Positions 1 through 9,157 of a stretch of 64,000 nt of DNA are shown here, in pieces; positions within the stretch are counted from its first letter, which is position 1, and each line of letters begins with the position of its first letter. Location: contig JASLXV010000038.1 in the NCBI GenBank assembly GCA_030740155.1, positions 64,001 through 128,000 on the forward strand, given 5' to 3'. A program made the position numbers and the translations under genes. Source of the stretch: Dehalococcoidia bacterium. GTDB taxonomy: Bacteria; Chloroflexota; Dehalococcoidia; Lucifugimonadales; UBA3495. The notes below the pieces were generated by a model that worked only from the letters and a program-made list of their open reading frames with translations, made no database searches and had not been told where the DNA came from.

Positions 1-209
1 GGGAAGACCCGGACCCAAACCTGTCCGCCCCGCCGGAGGTGCCGGGTGACAGCCACCCGGGCCGCCTCAATCTGGCGGGCCGTGATCCAGTCGGTCCCCA
101 TTGCTTTCAATCCATACTCACCGAAGTTGATGGTGCTTCCCGTACTGGCTGCGCCTTTGCGGCGGCCCCGGAAGGACTTGCGGTATTTAGTACGTTTTGG
201 CTGTAGCAT
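1..209 (-). CDS. rplP: 50S ribosomal protein L16 (5' part, runs off the window)
   Basis: Manual translation from ATG 209: [19 protein letters not shown]...[25 protein letters not shown]; follows rpsC. Confidence 0.96.
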   Translation of the reverse strand, partial: MLQPKRTKYRKSFRGRRKGAASTGSTINFGEYGLKAMGTDWITARQIEAARVAVTRHLRRGGQVWVRVF

Positions 210-227
210 GAGCGGTTCCTCTAACCC

Positions 228-962
228 CTAGGCTTCGTCGACTACTTCCAATTCTTCTTCTGGGGCGCCCGCCTGCACGGTCACCTCGACAGATTCCAGT
301 TCCTCTTCCTGCTCCGGTGGCGGTGGCAAGATTTCCCCATGATAGACCCAGGTCTTGACGCCCACTCGCCCCATTCCGGTGTGGGCCTCGGCCAGGCCGT
401 AGTCGATGTCCGCCCGCAGGGTATGCAGGGGTACCCGGCCCAGCATCAGCTTCTCCACCCGGGCGATCTCGGAGCCGGAAATCCGGCCCTTCACGATGAT
501 TTTGATCCCCTTGGCGCCCCCTTGCATCGCCCGCTGGGCGGCCTGGCGCATGGCCCGCCGGTAGGCTACCCGCCGCTCCAGTTGGTCGGCGATGTTCCGC
601 GACACCAGGTAGGCGTCGATCTCCGGCTGGTTGATCTCGATGATGTTCAACTGGACCCGGCGTTTGGTTATCACCTCCAGCCGGCTGCGCAAACGCTTGA
701 CCCGTTCCCCATCCCTTCCGATGAGAATGCCAGGCCGGGCCGAATGGATGTTGATTACGCTGTCCTGGGCGCCGCGGTCGATTTCCACCCGGGCGATCCC
801 GGCGTCGGAAAAGGCCTTGTACTCGTTCCGAATGCAGCCCCGCAGATTCAGGTCCTCCAGCACCAGGGTTCGATAGCTCGAGGTGTTGGGGGCAAACCAA
901 TGGGCCTTCCAATCTTTGACGATGCCCAGTCTAAAACCGTACGGATGTGTCTTGTGGCCCAT
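228..962 (-). CDS. rpsC: 30S ribosomal protein S3
   Basis: MGHKTHPYGFRLG, RPGILIGRDG, GRVPLHTLRADIDY; acidic C-terminal tail. Confidence 0.99.
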   Translation of the reverse strand: MGHKTHPYGFRLGIVKDWKAHWFAPNTSSYRTLVLEDLNLRGCIRNEYKAFSDAGIARVEIDRGAQDSVINIHSARPGILIGRDGERVKRLRSRLEVITKRRVQLNIIEINQPEIDAYLVSRNIADQLERRVAYRRAMRQAAQRAMQGGAKGIKIIVKGRISGSEIARVEKLMLGRVPLHTLRADIDYGLAEAHTGMGRVGVKTWVYHGEILPPPPEQEEELESVEVTVQAGAPEEELEVVDEA

Positions 963-965
963 GAC

Positions 966-1313
966 TTAGGTCTCCTCCCCTGCCTCGTCCACCAGGACGG
1001 TGATGTGGCTGGAGCGCTTGGTGATTCGGCCGATGCGGCCCCTGGCTCGGGGCCGGAACCGCTTCAAGGAACGGGCATTATCCGCCGTGATGTGGACGAT
1101 CCGCAAGGCGTCCCGGTCCATGTACATGTTGTTTTCGGCGTTGGCCGCGGCCGACTTGACCACCTTGGCCACGGTCTTGGCCCAGGGTGACGGCAGCAGG
1201 CCCAATGTATTCAGCGCATCATCTACCCGCTGGCCCCTCACCAGGTCCAAGATGGGTCTCAAGCGCTTCTGGGACGCTCCTATTTGTTTGGCCATGGCTC
1301 GTACTGGCGGCAC
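966..1313 (-). CDS. rplV: 50S ribosomal protein L22
   Basis: KSAAANAENN, KRFRPRARGR, KRSSHITV. Confidence 0.99.
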   Translation of the reverse strand: MPPVRAMAKQIGASQKRLRPILDLVRGQRVDDALNTLGLLPSPWAKTVAKVVKSAAANAENNMYMDRDALRIVHITADNARSLKRFRPRARGRIGRITKRSSHITVLVDEAGEET

Positions 1314-1317
1314 TACC

Positions 1318-1599
1318 TTACCTCACCCTGCTGGATCGTTCGGTGCGCACGTGGCCCCGGTAGGTACGGGTAGGAGCGAATTCGCCCAGCCGGTGACCCA
1401 CCATGTTTTCGGTGACGAACACCGGTACATGACGGCGGCCGTCGTGGACGCCCATCGTCAGCCCCACCATTTCGGGCATGACCATCGAAGCTCGAGACCA
1501 GGTTCGAATAACCGTCTTGGCGCCGGACCGCTGGACGGCTTCCACCTTCTTCATCAGCTTGGGATGAACGAATGGGCCCTTTTTAACCGATCGGGACAC
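1318..1599 (-). CDS. rpsS: 30S ribosomal protein S19
   Basis: [31 protein letters not shown]. Confidence 0.99.
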   Translation of the reverse strand: MSRSVKKGPFVHPKLMKKVEAVQRSGAKTVIRTWSRASMVMPEMVGLTMGVHDGRRHVPVFVTENMVGHRLGEFAPTRTYRGHVRTERSSRVR

Positions 1600-1600
1600 T

Positions 1601-2434
1601 CTACCGCCTCCTGCCCCGGCGCATTATGAACCGGCTGCTGGCCTTCTTCTTCCGCCTGGTCTTATGGCCCAGAGTGGGCTTTCCCCAAGGTGACTTGGGG
1701 CCGGGCATTCCAATGGGCGAGCGGCCTTCACCGCCCCCGTGGGGATGGTCCACCGGGTTCATCGCGACGCCCCGAACCTTGGGGCGGCGGCCCAGGTGGC
1801 GGCTGGCGCCGGCCTTGCCCAAACTCTCATTCTTGTGGTCTGGATTGGATAGCTGCCCGATGCTGGCCCGGCAGTTCAACAGTATGCGGCGCATCTCCCC
1901 AGAGGGCAGGCGCACCAGCACGTATTCCCCTTCCCTCGACAGCACCTGGGCGCCGACGCCGGCGCTTCGCACCATCTGACCGCCCCGCCCGGGGGTCAAC
2001 TCTACGTTATGAACGACGGTGCCCGTGGGGATCGACCGCAGCGGCATGCAGTTGCCGGGGTGGATCTCGGAACCGACGCCAGACTGCACCCAACTGCCCA
2101 CCGTCAATCCCAGAGGAGCCAGGATGTAGCTCTTCTCCCCGTCGACATAGTAGATCAGGGCGATGCGGGTGGTGCGGTTGGGATCGTACTCGATCGAGAT
2201 TACGTGGCCGGGTACTCCATCCTTCATCCGCTTGAAATCGATGCGGCGGTACATCTGCCGCGGCCCGCCGCCCCGGCTCCGGGTGGTTATCCGGCCCCGG
2301 TTGTTGCGGCCGCCGTGCTTGGCCTGAGGAGATAATAGAGACTTCTCCGGCTTGCGCCGGGTGATCTCTTCGAAGGAGGGCCGGACCGCGTTGCGAGTCC
2401 CCGGAGTGACCGGCCTTAAGTTTTTCAGCGGCAT
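1601..2434 (-). CDS. rplB: 50S ribosomal protein L2
   Basis: [34 protein letters not shown]. Confidence 0.99.
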   Translation of the reverse strand: MPLKNLRPVTPGTRNAVRPSFEEITRRKPEKSLLSPQAKHGGRNNRGRITTRSRGGGPRQMYRRIDFKRMKDGVPGHVISIEYDPNRTTRIALIYYVDGEKSYILAPLGLTVGSWVQSGVGSEIHPGNCMPLRSIPTGTVVHNVELTPGRGGQMVRSAGVGAQVLSREGEYVLVRLPSGEMRRILLNCRASIGQLSNPDHKNESLGKAGASRHLGRRPKVRGVAMNPVDHPHGGGEGRSPIGMPGPKSPWGKPTLGHKTRRKKKASSRFIMRRGRRR

Positions 2435-2461
2435 GGTTGCATTCCTGCGATACTACTGGGC

Positions 2462-2746
2462 CTAGAGCCCTTCAATCAGGTTGATCCGGTCGCCGGTTTT
2501 CAGCGTGACCACGGCCTTCTTGATGTCCGGCTGTTTGACGGCACGGGGGCCGTAGCGTTTGCGCTTGCCGTGAATCTTGGTGATGTTTACGTCCATCACC
2601 GTTACGTCGAAATTGGTCTCCACGGCCTGTTTGACTTCCACCTTGTTGGCCTTGAGCGCCACCTGGAAGGTGTACTTGCCCGATTCCTGGAGAAGAGTGC
2701 TTTTCTCCGTGATGGTTGGTTTGATCAACACCTTGTGGATGTTCAT
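2462..2746 (-). CDS. rplW: 50S ribosomal protein L23
   Basis: PTITEKS, ANKVEVKQAVE, KKAVVTL. Confidence 0.98.
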   Translation of the reverse strand: MNIHKVLIKPTITEKSTLLQESGKYTFQVALKANKVEVKQAVETNFDVTVMDVNITKIHGKRKRYGPRAVKQPDIKKAVVTLKTGDRINLIEGL

Positions 2747-3529
2747 CTAGGCCCCTGCCTCCTCTTCGGAAGCCTGGTCCAAATCCGGGGAGGCTGCGGC
2801 TTCTTCCACCGCCTCAGCCACCGCAACGGCTTCATCCGGTTCCGGAGCTTCCGCCTCGGCATCCGCCGAAGCAATCCCCGCCTTCAGGGCCCGGCGCCCC
2901 CGTGCGGCCGCGACCAGGAACTGCTCGGCCCACCGGGCCGCCTCCAACGTGATTATAACGGTGTCCCGGCGCAGGAGTTCATGAGCGTTGAGCAGGCCGA
3001 CCGGGAGTGTCCAAATCTTTTGCAGGTTATGGGCAGCGCGGACCACCTTCTGTTCAGAACCAAGGGTCACCAACAGCGCCGAGCTGGAGATGCCCAGATT
3101 GTTCAGGAGTTCGACCATCGACCTGGTCTTGCCATCCACCCGGTCCATGCTGTCCAGGCAGACGAGCCGGCGCTGCCGGGCCTTGTCGGAAAGTACGCAT
3201 TTGAGGGCCAGGTGGCGCATCCGGCGCGGCAGCGCCTTGCGGTAGTCGCGGGGATGGGGTCCGAACACGACGCCGCCGTGACGCCATTGAGGTGACCGGA
3301 TGCTGCCCTGACGGGCGCGTCCGGTATGCTTCTGAACCCAGGGTTTGCGACCTCCGCCGGACACTTGGGCCCGGGTCTTGGTGTCGTGGGTGCCCTGGCG
3401 CCTATTGAGCTGATATATGACCAACGCCTGGTGCACCAGGGAGTGGTTCATGGGCACGTTGAAGACGGCGTCGTCCAGTTCAATCGTCTGGACGGTGTCA
3501 CCGTTCTGATTTCTTACTGGGACTTCCAT
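2747..3529 (-). CDS. rplD: 50S ribosomal protein L4 with Ala/Glu-rich C-terminal extension
   Basis: RQGTHDTKTRAQVSGGGRKPWVQKHTGRARQGSIRSPQW. Confidence 0.99.
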   Translation of the reverse strand: MEVPVRNQNGDTVQTIELDDAVFNVPMNHSLVHQALVIYQLNRRQGTHDTKTRAQVSGGGRKPWVQKHTGRARQGSIRSPQWRHGGVVFGPHPRDYRKALPRRMRHLALKCVLSDKARQRRLVCLDSMDRVDGKTRSMVELLNNLGISSSALLVTLGSEQKVVRAAHNLQKIWTLPVGLLNAHELLRRDTVIITLEAARWAEQFLVAAARGRRALKAGIASADAEAEAPEPDEAVAVAEAVEEAAASPDLDQASEEEAGA

Positions 3530-3545
3530 GTCCTAGAATAACCCC

Positions 3546-4190
3546 CTAGTCGCCGGCCGGCGCCCGTTTATCGGTGCGTCGGATTTGAAGGAGTCCGTTG
3601 GGCGCCCCCGGGATGCCCCCTTTAACGAAGAGCAGGTTGCGGTCGGTGTCCACGCTGACCAGTTCCAGGCCTTTTACGGTAATTCGCCGGTTGCCCATGT
3701 GGCCGGCCATCTTCAGCCCTTTGAACACCTTACCCGGTGTGGTGCCGCCCCCGATGGAGCCCGGCGCTCGCGCCCGGTCCGACTGGCCGTGGGTTCGAGG
3801 CCCGCCGTGGAAGCCGTGCCGCTTCATCACGCCGGCAAAGCCCCGGCCTTTTGACCGTGCGATCACGTCGAGCTTTTCTCCGGGCTCGAATATTTCGACG
3901 CCGATGGTCTGCCCCACGTGAAACTCGTTAACGTCATCGGCCGAGACTTCACGCAGGTGGCGGCACTGCTGACTGCTTTTCAGGTGCCCGGCCAGAGGTT
4001 TGTTGAGCCGTTTGACCTCGCCAAACCCCAGTTGGACCGCCTGGTAGCCGTCATCTTCTTCGGTCTTGACCTGGGTCACTATGCAAGGACCGGCTTCGAT
4101 CACGGTGACCGGGACCACTCGGCCGTCTTCGCGGAAGACCTGGGTCATGCCTATTTTCTTGCCGAGAAATCCTCGGATCATGTTGAACAC
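3546..4190 (-). CDS. rplC: 50S ribosomal protein L3
   Basis: [30 protein letters not shown]; start may be ATG 4181. Confidence 0.99.
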   Translation of the reverse strand: MFNMIRGFLGKKIGMTQVFREDGRVVPVTVIEAGPCIVTQVKTEEDDGYQAVQLGFGEVKRLNKPLAGHLKSSQQCRHLREVSADDVNEFHVGQTIGVEIFEPGEKLDVIARSKGRGFAGVMKRHGFHGGPRTHGQSDRARAPGSIGGGTTPGKVFKGLKMAGHMGNRRITVKGLELVSVDTDRNLLFVKGGIPGAPNGLLQIRRTDKRAPAGD

Positions 4191-4209
4191 CTGTGCCCTG
4201 GAGCTTGGC

Positions 4210-4275
4210 TCAAGGCTGCCTTAAAGCTTGCCTAAAGCTTGCCTAGAGTTTGCCTAATACTTGCCTAAAGCTTGA
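4210..4275. repeat. 11-bp tandem repeat (CTAAAGCTTGC consensus, about 6 copies)
   Basis: TTAAAGCTTGC CTAAAGCTTGC CTAGAGTTTGC CTAATACTTGC CTAAAGCTTGA; the last unit is the rpsJ 3' end. Confidence 0.85.
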
Positions 4276-4576
4276 TCGAAATGTCCACTCCCGCGGGCAA
4301 GTTTAGCCGCGTCAGGGAGTCAATGGTTTTTGACGTTGGCTCCAGTATGTCGATGAGCCGTTTATGAGTCCGAATCTCGAAGTGCTCCCGAGAGTCCTTA
4401 TCGACGTGAGGGCCTCGGATCACGCAAAACCGTCTGATGCGGGTGGGTAGGGGCACCGGCCCGGCGATCCTGGCCCCCGTACGCTCGGCAGTTTCCACTA
4501 TCTGCCCGGCGGACAGGTCCAACATTTTGTGGTCGAAAGCCTTCAGGATAATTCGTACTTTTTGCCGTGTAACCAT
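4265..4576 (-). CDS. rpsJ: 30S ribosomal protein S10
   Basis: [32 protein letters not shown]. Confidence 0.99.
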   Translation of the reverse strand: MVTRQKVRIILKAFDHKMLDLSAGQIVETAERTGARIAGPVPLPTRIRRFCVIRGPHVDKDSREHFEIRTHKRLIDILEPTSKTIDSLTRLNLPAGVDISIKL

Positions 4577-4603
4577 CTTTACCCTAACGCCGCCCCGTCG
4601 CGG

Positions 4604-6700
4604 CTAAACAACGTTAACGATTGACTTCAGCACGTTCTCCGAGACCGGTTCGTAGTACCGGAACTCCATGGTGTAAGAGGCGCGACCCTGGGTTATCGAG
4701 CGTAGCGCCGTGGTGTAGGAGAAGGTCTCCCCCAGGGGCAGCAACGCCCGGACCACTTGCACGCCTTCCTCGCCCTCGATGGTCTTTATCTGCGCCCGCC
4801 GGGTGCCCAGGTCTCCCAGCACGTCACTCAGGAACTCGCCGGGAGTGACTACCTCCATGTCGGCGATGGGCTCCAGGAGTACCGGGGCCCCCTTCTTGGC
4901 TCCTTCGCGGATGGCCAGTATGCCGGCGTTTCGGAAAGACATCTCCGATGAGTCCACTGTATGGTAGCTGCCATCTACCAGGGTGATTTTCAAATCCACC
5001 AACGGATAGCTGCCCAAGGGACCGTTGTTAACGGCTTGGCGCACACCCTTTTCGACCGCGGAGATATACTCCCTTGGGATGGCCCCTCCGTGGATGGCAT
5101 TCACGAAGACTATCCCGCCGCCCTGCTCCAGCGGCTCCAGCTCCAGCCACACGTGGCCGAACTGTCCGTGGCCGCCGGTCTGCCGGACGAACCGGCCCTC
5201 GCTCCGGACCGGCTTGGTTAGCGTCTCCCGGTAGGAGACCCGGGGCCTGCCCACGTTGGCTTCAACGTTGAACTCCCGGCGCATCCGGTCCACCAGCACT
5301 TCAAGGTGCAACTCGCCCATCCCGGCGATGAGGGTTTGCCCGGTCTCGTCGTTGAAGCTGACCACGAAGGTCGGGTCTTCATCCGAGAGCTTGCGCAGGG
5401 CGTCGGTGAGGCGGTCCTGGTCGGCCCGGCTCTTTGGCTCGATCGCCACCGCCACCACCGGGGCGGGGAACTTGGGCGGTTCGAGCATGACCTGGTCCGT
5501 GAGGCCGCATATGGTGTCCCCGGTAAAGGTGTTCTTCAGACCCACGGCGGCGCAGATGTTGCCCGCGGTGACCTCTTCCAACTCCTCCCGGCGGTTGGCA
5601 TGCATGAGAAGCAGCCGCCCCATCCGCTCCCGCTGGTCCTTGGTAACGTTGACCACCGAGGCGCCGGACTTGACCGTTCCCGAATACACCCGCAAGAAGA
5701 CCAGGCGGCCGACGTAGGGATCAGTCGCCACCTTGAAGGCCAGGGCTGCCAGAGGTTCGTCGACGTCGGCAGTGCGAACGGCCGCCCGTTCGGTGCGGGG
5801 GTCGATCCCTTCCACCGGCGGTATATCCGCCGGCGATGGCAAGTAGCGGAGGACCGCGTCCAGCAGGGGGTGCACCCCTTTGCCGGAGGTGGCGGTGCCG
5901 CAGAGAACGGGCACCAACTGGCCCGTGATGGTGGCCTGCCGCAGCGCACGACGCAAGGCGTCCGCCTCTATCTCCTCGCCCTCCAGATACCGAATCAGCA
6001 ACGGTTCATCGGTTTCCACGATCTTCTCGATCATGGCCTGCCGGTACTGTCGGAAGGTCTCCTCGTACTCAGCGGGCAACGGGACCTGGGTCGGGCCGTG
6101 CCCGTTGGTTCCAATGTAGCTGGGGCCGGAGTATATAGTGGCCATGCCGCCGATAAGGTCGGCCACGCCGTGAAATTCCGCTTCCGCGCCGATGGGCAAT
6201 TGAATAGGCACCGGATTGCCCTTGAGGCGGCGGCGAATGGACTCGATGGTGCGCTCGTAGCTGGCCCCAACCCGGTCCATCTTGTTGACGAAACAGATGC
6301 GGGGCACGTTATAGGTGTCGGCTTGACGCCAGACGGTCTCCGACTGGGACTGGACGCCGGCGACGGCATCCAAAACGACGACTCCGCCATCCAAAACCCG
6401 CAGGCTACGTTCCACCTCGGCGGTGAAATCCACGTGCCCGGGGGTATCGATGATGTTTATCTGGTGGTCGCGCCACGATGTGCTGGTGGCGGCGGCGGTA
6501 ATGGTTATTCCCCGCTCTCGCTCTTGGGGCATCCAGTCCATGATGGTGGTGCCCTCGTCCACTTCCCCGGCCCGGTGAATCCGGCCGGTGATATACAGCA
6601 CCCGCTCGGTCACGGTGGTCTTGCCGGCGTCGATGTGGGCAATGAACCCGATATTGCGAATCTTGGTAAGGTGGGAATTCTTATTCATAATATATGCCAC
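4604..6700 (-). CDS. fusA: Elongation factor G
   Basis: AHIDAGKTT, RGITI, DTPGHVDF, NKMD, GMGELHLE; 698 aa; follows rpsG. Confidence 0.98.
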   Translation of the reverse strand: MAYIMNKNSHLTKIRNIGFIAHIDAGKTTVTERVLYITGRIHRAGEVDEGTTIMDWMPQERERGITITAAATSTSWRDHQINIIDTPGHVDFTAEVERSLRVLDGGVVVLDAVAGVQSQSETVWRQADTYNVPRICFVNKMDRVGASYERTIESIRRRLKGNPVPIQLPIGAEAEFHGVADLIGGMATIYSGPSYIGTNGHGPTQVPLPAEYEETFRQYRQAMIEKIVETDEPLLIRYLEGEEIEADALRRALRQATITGQLVPVLCGTATSGKGVHPLLDAVLRYLPSPADIPPVEGIDPRTERAAVRTADVDEPLAALAFKVATDPYVGRLVFLRVYSGTVKSGASVVNVTKDQRERMGRLLLMHANRREELEEVTAGNICAAVGLKNTFTGDTICGLTDQVMLEPPKFPAPVVAVAIEPKSRADQDRLTDALRKLSDEDPTFVVSFNDETGQTLIAGMGELHLEVLVDRMRREFNVEANVGRPRVSYRETLTKPVRSEGRFVRQTGGHGQFGHVWLELEPLEQGGGIVFVNAIHGGAIPREYISAVEKGVRQAVNNGPLGSYPLVDLKITLVDGSYHTVDSSEMSFRNAGILAIREGAKKGAPVLLEPIADMEVVTPGEFLSDVLGDLGTRRAQIKTIEGEEGVQVVRALLPLGETFSYTTALRSITQGRASYTMEFRYYEPVSENVLKSIVNVV

Positions 6701-6721
6701 CTGGGTACGCCCCAGGGTGAT

Positions 6722-7192
6722 CTACCCTCTATAGTGGACGAAGGCCCGGTTGGCCTCGGCCATTCTGTGCAGTTCATCCTTACGGCGCACCGCCGCCCCT
6801 TCACCTTTGGAAGCCTCCAGGAGTTCTTGGGCCAGTCCGTTGCGCATTGGCATCCCTTTGCGAGCCCTGGCCCCCCGGATCAGCCATCGCATGGCTAGGG
6901 CCTCGCTGCGGCCGACGCGGAGTTCCGTTGGAACCTGGTATGTGGCCCCGCCCACGCGTTTGGGCTTCACCTCAACCAGGGGAGTGGCGTTCTTGATAGC
7001 CAACTGGAATATCTCCAGGGGCTCCCGGTTGGACTGATCCCGGATGATGTCGAAGGCCTTATAGATGATGCGTTGGGCCGTCGTCTTCTTGCCCCGCTGC
7101 ATCACCCTGTTGATGAACCGGGCCAACTCCTGGTTGTTGTATTGCGGATCCGGAGGAACTAGCCTCCGCTCTGCGCGTCTTCGCCTAGACAT
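6722..7192 (-). CDS. rpsG: 30S ribosomal protein S7
   Basis: RVGGATYQVP, HRMAEANRAFVHYR. Confidence 0.99.
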   Translation of the reverse strand: MSRRRRAERRLVPPDPQYNNQELARFINRVMQRGKKTTAQRIIYKAFDIIRDQSNREPLEIFQLAIKNATPLVEVKPKRVGGATYQVPTELRVGRSEALAMRWLIRGARARKGMPMRNGLAQELLEASKGEGAAVRRKDELHRMAEANRAFVHYRG

Positions 7193-7257
7193 AAACCATC
7201 ACATCTTAGCTCAGTCCTGGTGGGGAACCGAGGAAATTGAAGGCCTTGGAAACCCGG

Positions 7258-7680
7258 TTAGCTGCTGGCGCGGGGCTTGTCAGCTCCGTACTTGCTGCGT
7301 CCCCGGCGGCGGTTCTGCACACCTTCACAGTCAAGGGCGCTGCGGACCACGTGATAGCGGACACCCGGCAGGTCCTTCACTCGGCCACCCCGGATCAGGA
7401 CTACCGAGTGCTCTTGAAGGTTGTGGCCGACGCCACCGATGTACGCGGTAACCTCAACCCCGTTGGTCAGCCTTACCCGGGCTATCTTGCGAAGCGCCGA
7501 GTTGGGTTTCTTAGGAGTCATCGTCCGCACTTGAATGCAGACGCCCCGCCTCTGAGGACATCCGGGACCCCACTTGACGCGGTTGCGCAAGGAGTTCTGC
7601 ACCCAATGCATCGCGGGAGCCTTGGTCTTTTTACGGACCGGCTTGCGACCCTTCCTGATAAGTTGGTTAACAGTGGGCAT
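7258..7680 (-). CDS. rpsL: 30S ribosomal protein S12
   Basis: MPTVNQL from ATG 7680, [23 protein letters not shown]. Confidence 0.99.
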   Translation of the reverse strand: MPTVNQLIRKGRKPVRKKTKAPAMHWVQNSLRNRVKWGPGCPQRRGVCIQVRTMTPKKPNSALRKIARVRLTNGVEVTAYIGGVGHNLQEHSVVLIRGGRVKDLPGVRYHVVRSALDCEGVQNRRRGRSKYGADKPRASS

Positions 7681-7717
7681 AGAACGACTCCGCTGGTCAA
7701 GTAGACAGCAATATAGA

Positions 7718-7746
7718 ATTCTAGCAACCACGCCAGATATTGTCAA
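7718..7746 (-). promoter_or_regulatory. Sigma70-type promoter of the str/S10 operon
   Basis: Minus strand TTGACA-17 nt-TAGAAT, about 40 nt upstream of the rpsL ATG. Confidence 0.85.
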
Positions 7747-7905
7747 CTTGAATTCCGGCGATCCAGAGACGAATCACGGTTACCGGGGGAATCGTCCGTT
7801 GACCTTCGATTCCCTTCCATCTACGGCTTCATTTACGGCGGCCCAAGCCGGCGCCGGCCCGGCCCGGGAAACGGCTCCCCAGAATCTGGGACAAGCCGGT
7901 GTTGC

Positions 7906-7934
7906 TTGACAACCCTGGAGTGTGAGGATACAGT
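7906..7934 (+). promoter_or_regulatory. Sigma70-type promoter of the cobalamin cluster
   Basis: TTGACA-17 nt-TACAGT just upstream of the riboswitch. Confidence 0.75.
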
Positions 7935-7997
7935 ATGTCCCAATCTGGCGGCAAGCCTTCTCGCGGGTAATTCCCGCCGCCATACATTAACAACTGA

Positions 7998-8180
7998 AAA
8001 GCCCACCCGAGGCACCGTTACGGTTTAATAGGGAAGGCGGTGAAAAGCCGCCGCGGTTGCGCCACTGTATGCGGAGGGTAGGCCGACGATGAACCACTGC
8101 TGTACCGCGAAGCGCGGATGGCGGGAAGGGGTCGGCCAACCGGGTTCCGTGAGTCAGGAGACCTGCCCGGGATGGGGGAG
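7998..8180 (+). ncRNA. Cobalamin (AdoCbl, class I) riboswitch
   Basis: AATAGGGAAGGCGGTGAAAAGCCGCC, GCCACTGTA, CCACTG...GGGAAGG, B12 box GAGTCAGGAGACCTGCC; precedes cob genes. Confidence 0.95.
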
Positions 8181-8261
8181 CTCAACTCTGCGCCAAACAG
8201 AAAGGTTCCTCTTGGGAATACTGCGCCCAGTATCACCCATGAAACTTATAGAAGTAAACTC

Positions 8262-8300
8262 GACCCCTGGCCAGAGCAGAGCCAGGGGTTTTTGATTTTG
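8262..8300 (+). terminator. Intrinsic terminator (riboswitch expression platform)
   Basis: CCCCTGGC-cagagcaga-GCCAGGGG followed by TTTTTGATTTT. Confidence 0.85.
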
Positions 8301-8359
8301 ACGGGGGCACGAAGAAGCAGCCGGTTTGGGCAGCCGGGTTAGACCAACGGAGAACCCCC

Positions 8360-9148
8360 GTGGAGCCGTGGGACTTGCCCACGGCAAGGGACGCTGATGA
8401 GCCTGTATTGCCAAGTCGAATGCCGCTGCCGGTGGCCCAGATGACCACGGGTGGCAGCGCGGTGTCGGTTACGGTGGTGGCGGTCGGCCCCGGGGACGGC
8501 CGCCTGCTGACCTTGCGGGGTCAGCAGGTCCTGCGGGAGGCCGGCCTGGTGGCGGGGTTCAACACGGTGCTGGACGTGGTCCGGCCCTGGCTGGACCATG
8601 CCGAGGTGTGCCCCATGAGCTACCGGGATCAAGAAGAGGTCCTGGAGTATGCCGTGGGCCAGGCCCGGAAGGGCCGGCGCTGTGTTGTTTGCTGCTGGGG
8701 CGATCTGAACGTGTCGGCCCGGGAGTTGCTGGAACGCGTCAAGGGCCGGGTCGACAACGTGGAACTGGTACCGGGCATCAGCTCGGTGCAGGTGGCCTGC
8801 GCCCGATCGGGCATATCCCTCGAGGACGCGCTGTTCATCACCCTCCACAAGCGCGGGGACACCGGAGGCGACCTGGACGAGCTGGAGCACTACCTCCGCG
8901 AGGGACGCCGCCACGTGATCCTGATTCCCCGGCCCTGGGACTTGATGCCCGCCGCCATCGCCAAGCGACTTCTGGAGTCCGGCATTTCTGGTCAGCGCTC
9001 GGTGACCGTCTACCAACGCCTCTCCCTGGACGGCGAACAGCGGTGGGACGGCGCGTTGGACGAGTGCGCCGCCGTTGCGGAGGAATTCAGCGATCTGACG
9101 ATGATGGTATTTTGGCAGGCCCAGCCGGCCGCCGACGGTCCGCGGTGA
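8360..9148 (+). CDS. Precorrin/cobalt-precorrin methyltransferase, CbiE-like (TP_methylase fold)
   Basis: VAVGPGD...LLT, WGDLNV, VPGISSVQVACARSG, FITLH; start uncertain (8360-8440). Confidence 0.8.
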   Translation: MEPWDLPTARDADEPVLPSRMPLPVAQMTTGGSAVSVTVVAVGPGDGRLLTLRGQQVLREAGLVAGFNTVLDVVRPWLDHAEVCPMSYRDQEEVLEYAVGQARKGRRCVVCCWGDLNVSARELLERVKGRVDNVELVPGISSVQVACARSGISLEDALFITLHKRGDTGGDLDELEHYLREGRRHVILIPRPWDLMPAAIAKRLLESGISGQRSVTVYQRLSLDGEQRWDGALDECAAVAEEFSDLTMMVFWQAQPAADGPR

Positions 9149-9157
9149 GAGTGACCC

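Noticed and set aside
5306..6898. Long antisense ORFs (e.g. 530 aa opposite fusA, 481 aa opposite cobN, 566 aa opposite cysS)
   Set aside because: Shadow ORFs caused by high-GC codon bias on the strand opposite well-supported genes.
8239..8295. Leader peptide MKLIEVNSTPGQSRARGF over the terminator
   Set aside because: No clear SD sequence, and the riboswitch already explains the terminator.
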